Shown in pieces: positions 1-8,940 of a DNA stretch of 64,000 nucleotides. The stretch comes from a virus. A model generated the notes under the pieces. It saw only the letters and a program-made list of their open reading frames with translations, did no database searches and was not told the origin of the DNA. Position 1 is the first letter of the stretch, and each line of letters opens with the position of its first letter. The position numbers and the translations under genes are program-made. The stretch spans positions 10,026-74,025 of the IMG/VR virus record IMGVR_UViG_3300030380_005342; one strand, 5' to 3'.

Positions 1-375
1 AATCATGTAAGGTTCACGGAAAGTGGTCACGTTCAAGAGTTTGATGACACTCCCGGTGCGGAAAGAATACACACTCAACACAGAAGCGGAACTTTTGAGG
101 AGTTTGGACCTGATGGCGAAAGAGTATTAAAAGTTGTAAATAGAAACTATACAGCGATTCTAGGTGATGACGATGTTCACATCAAGGGTAATGCAAACGT
201 ACAAGTTGATGGTGACACAAGTTTAATTTTAAACGGTAACGTTCGACTAACTGCATCAGATGATTTGTCCATTTCTGTGCTGGGTGATTTTGATTTGAAT
301 GCTTTGGGTAAAATAAATATTACTGGACTAAGCACTTCGATTCGTGGTTTTCCGATCAAGTTGAATAGTGATTAA
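1..375 (+). CDS. gp5: Baseplate hub/spike protein gp5, C-terminal part (5' truncated by window edge)
   Basis: Frame 1 read by hand: NHVRFTESGHVQEFDDTPGAERIHTQHRSGTFEE... followed by beta-helix-type repeats (VHIKGNANVQVDGD), stop TAA 373-375. ESGH..EFDDTPG.ER is the gp5 signature; upstream of gp25/gp6. Confidence 0.9.
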   Translation, partial: NHVRFTESGHVQEFDDTPGAERIHTQHRSGTFEEFGPDGERVLKVVNRNYTAILGDDDVHIKGNANVQVDGDTSLILNGNVRLTASDDLSISVLGDFDLNALGKINITGLSTSIRGFPIKLNSD

Positions 376-386
376 GGAGTTTTTGT

Positions 387-1034
387 ATGCCTACTTTTCA
401 AAATGTGGTTGATCTTACAGCGAACGGTGAACGCTCCATCAAAATAATTTTAGCGAAAGGCTTTGATTTTTTTGAATTCAAAGATGAGCCTGAATATTCT
501 GTTTACACATCCTTTCCAAATAAAACCGCAAGATATCACTTTATCGAAATGATCACACAAGGTGGTCATGGTATCAATAGACCGATGACAAACGCAGAAA
601 TCAACAAAGTTCATCCTGACTTAACAAATGATGAAATAGAAAATCTTCGCTCCTTTTATGAAAGTAACAAAGAAAGAAGACCCTTCAAATTTAATCTTGA
701 GTCCACCAGACCACTAACAGATCAAAGTGTTTTGGACGAAGCAAATAATATCGAAAATGATTTTGTAAAGTATTTCAAAACAACTCGACCAATCATCGAG
801 CCAAGCGGCATTACTTTTGAAAACTCAATCAATTCAGGAACAGCGATAACCACTGATAATATTTTAAGTGGTATCCGTGGGTCAAATCAAACAGACGCAA
901 AATTTGTTGGCAACTTCGTGCCTCCGGTTGCAAACATCGGACAATATTGGTTGAACACTGGCTCGGGAAGATTGTTTGTTTATCTTTCTGACGGAAGCAC
1001 AAGCGGAGTGACATCCGCATGGGTGGAAATCTGA
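387..1034 (+). CDS. Hypothetical protein, probably virion-associated
   Basis: 215 aa ORF with AAGGAG RBS. C-terminal PP.ANIGQYWLNT.SGRLFVY...WVEI resembles a short motif common in phage fibre proteins. Confidence 0.6.
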   Translation: MPTFQNVVDLTANGERSIKIILAKGFDFFEFKDEPEYSVYTSFPNKTARYHFIEMITQGGHGINRPMTNAEINKVHPDLTNDEIENLRSFYESNKERRPFKFNLESTRPLTDQSVLDEANNIENDFVKYFKTTRPIIEPSGITFENSINSGTAITTDNILSGIRGSNQTDAKFVGNFVPPVANIGQYWLNTGSGRLFVYLSDGSTSGVTSAWVEI

Positions 1035-1318
1035 TGGCTTTATTTGCTGCTACGGTTGATACTAATGTAATCGGCAAGGAGGGCATTGGTAAAATATTTA
1101 CTGGTGAACTCTCAGTTTTGATTGAGGGCAAGCCAGCCTCAAGACTTAGTTCAATGGTTTCACCATATCCACCCGAAAAAGTTATTAGTGAAATAATCAC
1201 GGGATCACAATCAGTCTTAGTTGGAGGATTAAATATGACAAGAGGTACAGATATTAATAATTTACTCGATAAGGTGGATAACACCACATGTGCTACTTCG
1301 GTTGTGGTGGGACCATGA
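1034..1318 (+). CDS. PAAR-like spike tip protein (gp5.4-like), degenerate
   Basis: TGATG overlap start; about 94 aa with repeated TG..SVL(I/V).G motifs and KPASR; located between gp5 and gp25. Confidence 0.65.
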   Translation: MALFAATVDTNVIGKEGIGKIFTGELSVLIEGKPASRLSSMVSPYPPEKVISEIITGSQSVLVGGLNMTRGTDINNLLDKVDNTTCATSVVVGP

Positions 1319-2199
1319 GTGCTTTTCCAGAGGGTATCAATATTGCTCCACTCATCAATCAGGATTTTATAGATCTTTCAGGTTGTGATATTCCGGCACT
1401 TCCTATTTCAGACGAGGCTCTTGATATTATCAATAAAGCAATCTCTGGAGAACTTTTTATTAATCCAGTGCAAAATGCTTTAAATGCTGTTGGTGCTGAG
1501 GTTGGAAAAATCATCACAGAAGTTGATAATGCAGTTGGATCAGTTTTTATGACACTGGATGGAACTCAACTCGGAACTCCGATCCCCGGTGTGGATTTAT
1601 CTTTATTTGGTGGTGAGAATCCAACAGCAGCACAATTTATCACAAGTCTATCAGATCGTGTGACTAATACGGCAAACTTCATGCAAGAGCAGAGTGACAT
1701 TCTTAGTGGTGTTTCTTTAACAAAAGATGGGTTTGACCAAAACGGTGGTGTCTCTGATATGCCCGGCATCTCTGCCATCCAATCTTTGGCTGCTGGTTTC
1801 AATAATACTGTAAATTCATTGTCAAACACTGATGAATTGCTTGACAATTATAGTCAATTTTTTGGTAGTGTCTTGGGTCCGGGTACAGATCTTACAAATG
1901 GTATCAACGCTGCACTTGAGGGTGATTTTAGAACCGCACTTAATCTTCTACCCAGAGACTCTAATGGAAATATTAATTTTCTAAACGCCTCGACCCAAAA
2001 TTTGCAAGATCTGGTTGATGCATATGATAATGTCATGGTGGCAAAAACCGCAGTGGAAGAACTGATCAATAATGAAAGAGCATTGGTATTGGCTGCGACA
2101 GAATATCTTGTCAAAGCAACTTTTGGGTTTTCAATTTTAGCGATGCTTGCCGATCCTTGTTTTGGAAAAATAGTCGCTGACAAGGTGTTCAATATCTGA
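1315..2199 (+). CDS. Hypothetical acidic, helical protein in baseplate cluster
   Basis: ATGA overlap with upstream stop gives start MSAFPEG; long ORF in operon; no recognised motif. Confidence 0.6.
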   Translation: MSAFPEGINIAPLINQDFIDLSGCDIPALPISDEALDIINKAISGELFINPVQNALNAVGAEVGKIITEVDNAVGSVFMTLDGTQLGTPIPGVDLSLFGGENPTAAQFITSLSDRVTNTANFMQEQSDILSGVSLTKDGFDQNGGVSDMPGISAIQSLAAGFNNTVNSLSNTDELLDNYSQFFGSVLGPGTDLTNGINAALEGDFRTALNLLPRDSNGNINFLNASTQNLQDLVDAYDNVMVAKTAVEELINNERALVLAATEYLVKATFGFSILAMLADPCFGKIVADKVFNI

Positions 2200-2205
2200 T
2201 ACATA
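2198..2205 (+). promoter_or_regulatory. T4-type late promoter variant GATACATA (gp25)
   Basis: Matches TA(A/C)ATA core; 5 nt before gp25 ATG. Confidence 0.55.
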
Positions 2206-2210
2206 CAAAT

Positions 2211-2591
2211 ATGAGTAGGTTTACAGATTTAGACATGGAGTTTGTTCGCAATCCCATAACGGGGGATGTGTCGGTAAAAACTGACGCACAGGCTGTGATT
2301 AGATCCATCAAAAATATTCTTCTTACCTCATCAGGTGAGAAAAAATTCAATCCAGACTTTGGCGGATCAATTCGTTCTTTACTATTTGACCAAGTTGATC
2401 CGATCACAACTGTAAAAATTACCGACTCGATTCGCAGGTCAATCAATTTGTATGAAAATAGAGCAGTTATTCTTGATCTACTGGTCTATCCTGATGAAGC
2501 AAACAGTCGCTATGGAGTTAAGTTGACATTTAGATTAAAAAATGATCCACGACCAATTACCACCAGTTTCAAATTAGAGAGGCTTAGATAA
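2211..2591 (+). CDS. gp25: Baseplate wedge subunit gp25
   Basis: DLD..F..NP.TGD, SIKNILLT..GEKKFNPDFG, YENRA motifs; directly upstream of gp6. Confidence 0.93.
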   Translation: MSRFTDLDMEFVRNPITGDVSVKTDAQAVIRSIKNILLTSSGEKKFNPDFGGSIRSLLFDQVDPITTVKITDSIRRSINLYENRAVILDLLVYPDEANSRYGVKLTFRLKNDPRPITTSFKLERLR

Positions 2592-4549
2592 TGCCAGCAA
2601 AAAACCTTAGCGTCAACTCAGTAGATTTTGATGTTGTCAGACAAAACATCAAAACATATCTTTCAAATTCAGATACGTTCACAGACTACGATTTTGAAGG
2701 ATCAGCGATGTCAACTCTGATTGACACTTTGGCATACATCACATATTATCAAGGCATCTACAATAACTTTGCAGCAAACGAAATGTTTCTTGACACTGCG
2801 AAAAAAAGAGCGTCCGTGGTTTCTCATGCAAAGGCACTTGGTTACACTCCTAGATCCTACTCAGCACCTACAGCGTCCGTAAATGTGATTCTTGGATCGA
2901 CTGCTGGTTACTCAAGCGTTCTTCCTGTTGGTAATATTTTTTCAACAACTGTAAATGGTAGAAATTACAATTTTGTAAACTTAGAAAGTGCAACTATTTC
3001 TCTCACTGCTGATAGTGGAGGAACCACACCTCACATTTCGAATCTCTCCGTCAAAGAGGGTGCTTTAAAAAGTAAAACTATTGTTGTGCCAAACAATGAA
3101 AATTATCAAAAAGTTGAGATTGATGATAAGTTTGTTGACACCACCACCATCAAAGTGACCGTTCAGGAGTCTGCAACAGATACAAGTGGTATCACAAATT
3201 CTTGGGTGAAGGGTAATGATGCTATCTCTCTGACTGCCGGGAGTCGAGCATATTTTGTCGAGGAGGACTACAACGGAAACTACTCTGTAAACTTTGGTGA
3301 CGGAGTTGTTGGTGTTACTCTTGCAGCAGGGAATGTTGTCACAGTTAGTTATCTTAGCACCAGCGGTCCTCTTGCAAATAACGTTGGCATTTTTGATTCT
3401 GATCTTGGAGTCAACTCTTTCAGATTTGCCAGCGGTAATACGGTGGATGTCGTAAGTCATGCATCAGGTGGTGCTTTACCACAAGGAATTGATAGCATTA
3501 GAAGATTAGCACCAAGGTCTTACTCCATGCAAAATAGGGCTGTGACAAGAGAAGATTTTAAAACTTTGATTGAGTCAAACTTTTCTGGGTTCTCTTCTGT
3601 TTTTGTCTACGGTGGTGAAGATGCCTCTCCCCCTCAGTATGGAAGTGTCATCATCTCTTTCAAGCCAGTGGCAAACACGATTACAACAACTGATTTCAAA
3701 AATAATGTTGTGTCATTCCTCAAAGATAGATGTCCTGTGACGATCAATCCAGTTGTGATTGATCCTGAAATTACATACGCTAGATTTAACACTCGCGTGG
3801 TTTACGATGTAAACAAAACTACACTTACCTCAAATTCTTTGTCTACTTTAGTGCGAAACACTTTATCTGTTTATGTTTTAGATAACACAGATGACTATGA
3901 TACTTTCCTTGCGTCATCTGCAATAGAAAAAGATTTATCAGATAACATTGAATCAATAATCTCAGTAAATACCAACATTGAAATGGAGCGAAGAATAACT
4001 CCTGTTTCTGATGTAGCACTAGACTACTCAATTGATTTTGCAAATCCAATCTTCCATCCCCATGATGGTCATGAAATTGTAGTTAGTAGTGAAGATTTTT
4101 TATATCTTGATGGAAGTGAATTCAAAACTGTTAGAATCAGAGATGATGGTTTTGGTAATATTAATCTTTTTGAAACTTCAGATTCATCTGATAATTTGGT
4201 AACTAATTTTGGAACAGTTGACTACTCAACTGGGGTAATTAGTCTTAACGTTGCACGACTCAACACAGTTGGTGCTTTAGGCACTATCAAAATTAGGGCT
4301 AAGTTTGGCGGAGATGTTTTGACCTCTGTTAGAGATAAAGTTATTGTTTATGATAATACGGATGCATTGGCAAACGCTGTTAGCGTTCAGACACTTTCAC
4401 AGGCTACATCTTACACACCAAGTCAAGTAAGTTCCTCATCGGGAACCAGCACAAGCACATCTTCAACGTCAACCTCATCAGCAAGCACATCATCATCCAC
4501 AACTTCTAGTGGTGGTGGCGGAGGCGGTGGCGGTTATGGAGGTTATTGA
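2591..4549 (+). CDS. gp6: Baseplate wedge subunit gp6
   Basis: FTDYDFEGS, NEMFLDTA..R.SVVSHAK.LGY.P, FGDGV.G, QNRAVT.EDF motifs; 652 aa. Confidence 0.95.
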   Translation: MPAKNLSVNSVDFDVVRQNIKTYLSNSDTFTDYDFEGSAMSTLIDTLAYITYYQGIYNNFAANEMFLDTAKKRASVVSHAKALGYTPRSYSAPTASVNVILGSTAGYSSVLPVGNIFSTTVNGRNYNFVNLESATISLTADSGGTTPHISNLSVKEGALKSKTIVVPNNENYQKVEIDDKFVDTTTIKVTVQESATDTSGITNSWVKGNDAISLTAGSRAYFVEEDYNGNYSVNFGDGVVGVTLAAGNVVTVSYLSTSGPLANNVGIFDSDLGVNSFRFASGNTVDVVSHASGGALPQGIDSIRRLAPRSYSMQNRAVTREDFKTLIESNFSGFSSVFVYGGEDASPPQYGSVIISFKPVANTITTTDFKNNVVSFLKDRCPVTINPVVIDPEITYARFNTRVVYDVNKTTLTSNSLSTLVRNTLSVYVLDNTDDYDTFLASSAIEKDLSDNIESIISVNTNIEMERRITPVSDVALDYSIDFANPIFHPHDGHEIVVSSEDFLYLDGSEFKTVRIRDDGFGNINLFETSDSSDNLVTNFGTVDYSTGVISLNVARLNTVGALGTIKIRAKFGGDVLTSVRDKVIVYDNTDALANAVSVQTLSQATSYTPSQVSSSSGTSTSTSSTSTSSASTSSSTTSSGGGGGGGGYGGY

Positions 4550-6993
4550 TGTCTAGTGGATTGAGTCTTGAAAATGCAGGCATTCTTTTAGGTCTTGTTC
4601 AACCACCACCACTACAAGGTGTGGTTGAGGGTGACGGCATCACTCTCTCAGTGGACGAGAGAGTTTCGGTGTTGATGAATGATGTGTTGCCAAGTTACAT
4701 TAGTGAAGAATATCCGCTTTTTATTGAATTTTTAAAGACTTATTTTGAATGGGCTGAGGAGTTTGGAAATCCAAGAGCCGAGGCTGTTCGGATGGCGACA
4801 TACATCGACATCGATCAAACTCTTTCAAACTTTCTAGACTTTTTCAAAAGCGAGTATCTTTACGGTTTCAATGAAGTAACATCTGGGATGTCCACTGAGA
4901 AGTTGGTGAAAATTGCAAAGGATTTGTATGGAAGAAAAGGTGACAGTGAGTCGATCAACTTTCTTTTCAAACTTGTCTTTGGTGTTGAGGCATCGGTATC
5001 GTATCCAAAAGATTTACTGTTAACACTCTCAGACTCCAATATTGATATTGAGAGAATACTGAAAACAACCAGAGTGAGTTTACCCGCAGACTTTGAAGGA
5101 GTTATTGGTGGTCGAGTAAGTCAAAAAATTACATCAAGATTTTCTGGAGAGATTTGCTCTGCCTTTATTGATGATTTTGATTTAAGTCAAAATAATGGTT
5201 TGAAAACTTGCACTATTAAACTTAAAGATATTAGCGGAACGTTCATTCCTAATAAAGAAATAGAATTCTCAAAAGGCTCCACCACATTTTATGAAACTTG
5301 TTTACCATTAATTTCATCTGTGGATGTTGGACTGTCTGGATCTGGACACGCGATCAATGATACCATCTCGATCACAGATTCATCAGGCAATTTAGTCGCA
5401 ACTACTTTTGTCTCCGCAGTCGGACGAAGCGGTGATATTGAAAGCGTTGCTCCGATTGACTCAAGATCTATTTTTCTGGAAAGAGAAACTTACACTGCGA
5501 CTATTAATACAAATGGCACTGGCTCCTCACTCGATGTGATTGGTAATAAAGCAGTCTCGCAAGATCGAAAGAAATTTTTAAGTGATAAGTCTTTGCTGTC
5601 TTCTGAGTCTAGACTGCCCGACAACAACAAATACCAAACCCACTCTTACATTGTTCGGGCAGAAAAACAGTTGTCTGACTATGCAGATATTCTTAGAAAA
5701 GTTTGTCACCCCGCTGGCACTAAATTTTTCTCAGAGCATCTTATCAAGAGAACCTTCAACGCAACAACCTTTGACTTTAGACCACCAGAAAGTGACGCTG
5801 ATTACGAAATTATTGAAACTCTTGAAGGCACAGGTAATTTTCAACGTGGTGACACCATCAACCTGTTGCTGGCAAATGGTAATGCGTCTGCCACAGCGGA
5901 GGTCGTTCGGTTTACGCCCAGTGGCATCTCTCTTCCAGATCCTTTCACTTTTGGCACAGTTTCTTTGCTTTTTTCGAGTGGTGTCAGTGCAGCAGCAACA
6001 AAGATTAAATCCACAAGAGGATTATTCAACATTAGTGCCACGGCTGGTGCAAAATATAGTTCAATCACAAATGATAATCTTGTAGTAAATGCAAAGATTG
6101 GTAACTACACTCCAGCCACATTTAACATGACCGCTGACTTTCGTGGTGAAACTTATGGTACAACCTTTGCGGACTACTATCCAACCGGATATAACGGACT
6201 TACACTTGCATCTCTTGGAACATTTTCATCAGGTTCCGCTGTAACCCATGATCCAAAAACTGCTGGCTTCACACCCGGAGCGATGGGTAGCATATCCGCT
6301 GGCACTTTGAACCCAGAGGCATATGGTTTCACCTTTGATGGTGTGACAGCAGGCACTACCCTTGTAGGTTACACGGTAGAAAACATTGACCAATTAGTAA
6401 TGATTGGTGGCACTGACTCTACCACGGCAGATCATTGGAATATTTACAGACATCCAAAAAATCTTGTTAACGGTATTACAAGTAGCATTCAAACGCTAAG
6501 AAGAATTAGATTCTTTACAGAAACAACGGTGGGTGTGAGCGGATCTCTTACCGCAGGATTCACAATTGGTAATACTGTCGTTCAACGCGACACAAACATG
6601 ACAACTGCAATCGGAACAATCGTTGGTTCAACAATCGCTCAACTTTCCACAATCTCTAGTTCTAATTTATCCAGCGTTGCGAGTATTGAATCATCTGCAA
6701 CTGGTGGATTTGGACTTGAACTTAGTTCACCATCAGTAAGTGTCTCTGCACAAGACACCAGTGGTGTCACGTTTAGTGAGACAATAGCAATTGACGTTAT
6801 CAGTGGCGAATTTACAAATGAATATAATCAAACTGGTGCAAAAATTAAAATGATTGCACTTGAAAGTGGGGCTGAGAGATTTATCGCGGGGACTGGCGGC
6901 ATTAACTTTATTAGTGATACATCGGTGACCACAGACATTGCTATGCAACACATAAATATTCAAGACTTCACAGATAACATGAGAACCAAATAA
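4549..6993 (+). CDS. gp7: Baseplate wedge initiator gp7-like
   Basis: LP.YI.EEYP.F.EFLK.YFEW, LY..KG..ESI.FLF, YQTHSYIVR, HPAG.KFF motifs; position between gp6 and gp8. Confidence 0.85.
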   Translation: MSSGLSLENAGILLGLVQPPPLQGVVEGDGITLSVDERVSVLMNDVLPSYISEEYPLFIEFLKTYFEWAEEFGNPRAEAVRMATYIDIDQTLSNFLDFFKSEYLYGFNEVTSGMSTEKLVKIAKDLYGRKGDSESINFLFKLVFGVEASVSYPKDLLLTLSDSNIDIERILKTTRVSLPADFEGVIGGRVSQKITSRFSGEICSAFIDDFDLSQNNGLKTCTIKLKDISGTFIPNKEIEFSKGSTTFYETCLPLISSVDVGLSGSGHAINDTISITDSSGNLVATTFVSAVGRSGDIESVAPIDSRSIFLERETYTATINTNGTGSSLDVIGNKAVSQDRKKFLSDKSLLSSESRLPDNNKYQTHSYIVRAEKQLSDYADILRKVCHPAGTKFFSEHLIKRTFNATTFDFRPPESDADYEIIETLEGTGNFQRGDTINLLLANGNASATAEVVRFTPSGISLPDPFTFGTVSLLFSSGVSAAATKIKSTRGLFNISATAGAKYSSITNDNLVVNAKIGNYTPATFNMTADFRGETYGTTFADYYPTGYNGLTLASLGTFSSGSAVTHDPKTAGFTPGAMGSISAGTLNPEAYGFTFDGVTAGTTLVGYTVENIDQLVMIGGTDSTTADHWNIYRHPKNLVNGITSSIQTLRRIRFFTETTVGVSGSLTAGFTIGNTVVQRDTNMTTAIGTIVGSTIAQLSTISSSNLSSVASIESSATGGFGLELSSPSVSVSAQDTSGVTFSETIAIDVISGEFTNEYNQTGAKIKMIALESGAERFIAGTGGINFISDTSVTTDIAMQHINIQDFTDNMRTK
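6951..6958 (+). promoter_or_regulatory. Late promoter CATAAATA (gp8)
   Basis: T4 TATAAATA-like, about 45 nt upstream of gp8. Confidence 0.5.
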
Positions 6994-7002
6994 GGAGAGC
7001 AA

Positions 7003-8931
7003 ATGGCTACCGTTACAATTGACCAACAATTCAAAACTGATCTGGCAAAAAGATATGTAAAATCTTTTGATGCTTTCAGAGATGAAAACTCCTTTATTTT
7101 TATTGGTAGAGTTCTCGGTGATGCTCAGTCTACAAGAACAGAGCAGAATGATGATGCAACAAGAAAGAATATTTTGTTTGCAAAATTGATCACCCCCGAT
7201 GACGTTTCTCTTTTAATTCCTAGAGTCAACTGGACGAGCGGAACTTCATATGATGAATACGACCCGTCCTTAGATATGACTACAAAAAACTATTATGTTT
7301 ACAATGAGGCAAACTCTAGTGTGTACGTTTGTTTCAAGAAGGGAGAGGGATCTTCCGTAAATATTCCTAATACAACTGCACCCGATCCAGAAGTTTTTTC
7401 TGATGGATATGAGTGGAGATATATTTTTACGGTCAGTAGTGCAAATCAAAAATTTATTGACGATGATTACATTCCGATTGAAACATTACCATACTATTCT
7501 GGACTTGTCACAGCGTACGGGGAGTCGGCTAAACAAAGTCAATACTTTTCACAATATGCGGCAATCACTGATGCTTTGAATGGGACGATTAGATCCGTAG
7601 GTATCACTGGAACAAACACTGCTGTTTATGGTAAATCAATTCTTTCAAATCCAGATAGAACTTTACTTTCTGCTGGTAAAACGAGTGCTGTTCTTGGTGG
7701 CGGTATTGCAAATGCGTCTGATGATTATTATAACGGCTACGCTGTGCGATTTGTTGACGGAAACGCTATTGGAATTGTCGCAGAAATCACAGATTACGTT
7801 GGTGCTGATAACCAAATCATTTATGGTTCTATCACAGGTGCTACACCTGATGTTGGTGACAAATATGAAATTTTACCTTTAGTAGATTTTACTGGTGATG
7901 GTAGTGGTGCGACAGCATATGTTGAAGTGAATACAGATTTTACAGCAAGAGAGGTTGTCGTAACAGATGTTGGTTCTAACTACTCCAACGTCACAGCAGT
8001 AATTGGGACGGCAAAAGATTCTGGAACCGCTCCAACACTCGCACCAAGAATTTTCGATGCTTTAGGAAAAGATCCCGTAAGTGAGTTGCTCCCTGTTAAT
8101 GTTAAACTTCGCGTGAAAATTGAGGGTGATGAAAACGCAAATGCAATGATTGGAAATGATTATAATGAAGTTGGTATTTGGGGATCACCCTCGGTTGGTA
8201 TTAGTTACTCAAATACTGGACTGAGTGCAGGTTTTGATAATTTTACTAGCACAGTGGTTGACGTTAAACCTGCATCCGGGCAATTGTCAAAAACTTTTGT
8301 ATCCGATTTTAGTAATGACTTTATTTTCGGTAACACTAACAACTCGTTTGGTCGAGTCATAAGTGTGCGAAGAGATGGCGAGTCATCGGGTACGTTAACA
8401 ATCAAAAATATCAAAGGATGTTCTGGTGGATTTACCACTGACGAAGTAATTCAAAATCTTCAAACAGTTGGATCAACTTTAGCATCGCAGGGTGGTAACT
8501 TGAAACATGTTCGAACAAGAACTTTAGATAGTTCTTTGACAGTGATCAAGTCTGATTGGAGATGCACACACGAAATTGGAATTTCATATAACAATTCCAC
8601 AGGAAATTCACTTCCTCTTATCGATACTTCTATCACTGGTGCTAGTTTATCCACGGGAACAATTTCGGAAGTTCGACTTCACCCATCAGCAGCAAACGGG
8701 GCAACAATGTATGTCACTAATGTTCAAAAAGGATTCGGTTCTGGAACCTTATCTTTCACTCCCTCAGAAATTGTGACTTGTGGGGGCAATGTTGGTGGAG
8801 TCACTGTTCAGAATATTTCTGGACCGGAATTAGATTTAAATTCAGGTAATTTGTTATACATAGATGGTATAACCGCTGTGTCTCGCAACCAAAGTTCAGA
8901 CGATGTTGTTGAGTTAGTAATTGAGTTCTAA
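7003..8931 (+). CDS. gp8: Baseplate wedge subunit gp8-like (extended)
   Basis: IPRVNW.SG..YD.Y, YYVYN...VYVC, DGYEWRYIFT, C-terminal SG.LLYID....SRN...D motifs. Confidence 0.88.
   Translation: MATVTIDQQFKTDLAKRYVKSFDAFRDENSFIFIGRVLGDAQSTRTEQNDDATRKNILFAKLITPDDVSLLIPRVNWTSGTSYDEYDPSLDMTTKNYYVYNEANSSVYVCFKKGEGSSVNIPNTTAPDPEVFSDGYEWRYIFTVSSANQKFIDDDYIPIETLPYYSGLVTAYGESAKQSQYFSQYAAITDALNGTIRSVGITGTNTAVYGKSILSNPDRTLLSAGKTSAVLGGGIANASDDYYNGYAVRFVDGNAIGIVAEITDYVGADNQIIYGSITGATPDVGDKYEILPLVDFTGDGSGATAYVEVNTDFTAREVVVTDVGSNYSNVTAVIGTAKDSGTAPTLAPRIFDALGKDPVSELLPVNVKLRVKIEGDENANAMIGNDYNEVGIWGSPSVGISYSNTGLSAGFDNFTSTVVDVKPASGQLSKTFVSDFSNDFIFGNTNNSFGRVISVRRDGESSGTLTIKNIKGCSGGFTTDEVIQNLQTVGSTLASQGGNLKHVRTRTLDSSLTVIKSDWRCTHEIGISYNNSTGNSLPLIDTSITGASLSTGTISEVRLHPSAANGATMYVTNVQKGFGSGTLSFTPSEIVTCGGNVGGVTVQNISGPELDLNSGNLLYIDGITAVSRNQSSDDVVELVIEF
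8855..8862 (+). promoter_or_regulatory. Late promoter variant TATACATA (VrlC-like gene)
   Basis: Motif match about 80 nt upstream of the ATG at 8941. Confidence 0.45.
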
Positions 8932-8940
8932 GGAGTAAAC

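Noticed and set aside
829-1287. 152-aa minus-strand ORF
   Set aside because: Overlaps two coupled + strand genes in an all-plus operon.
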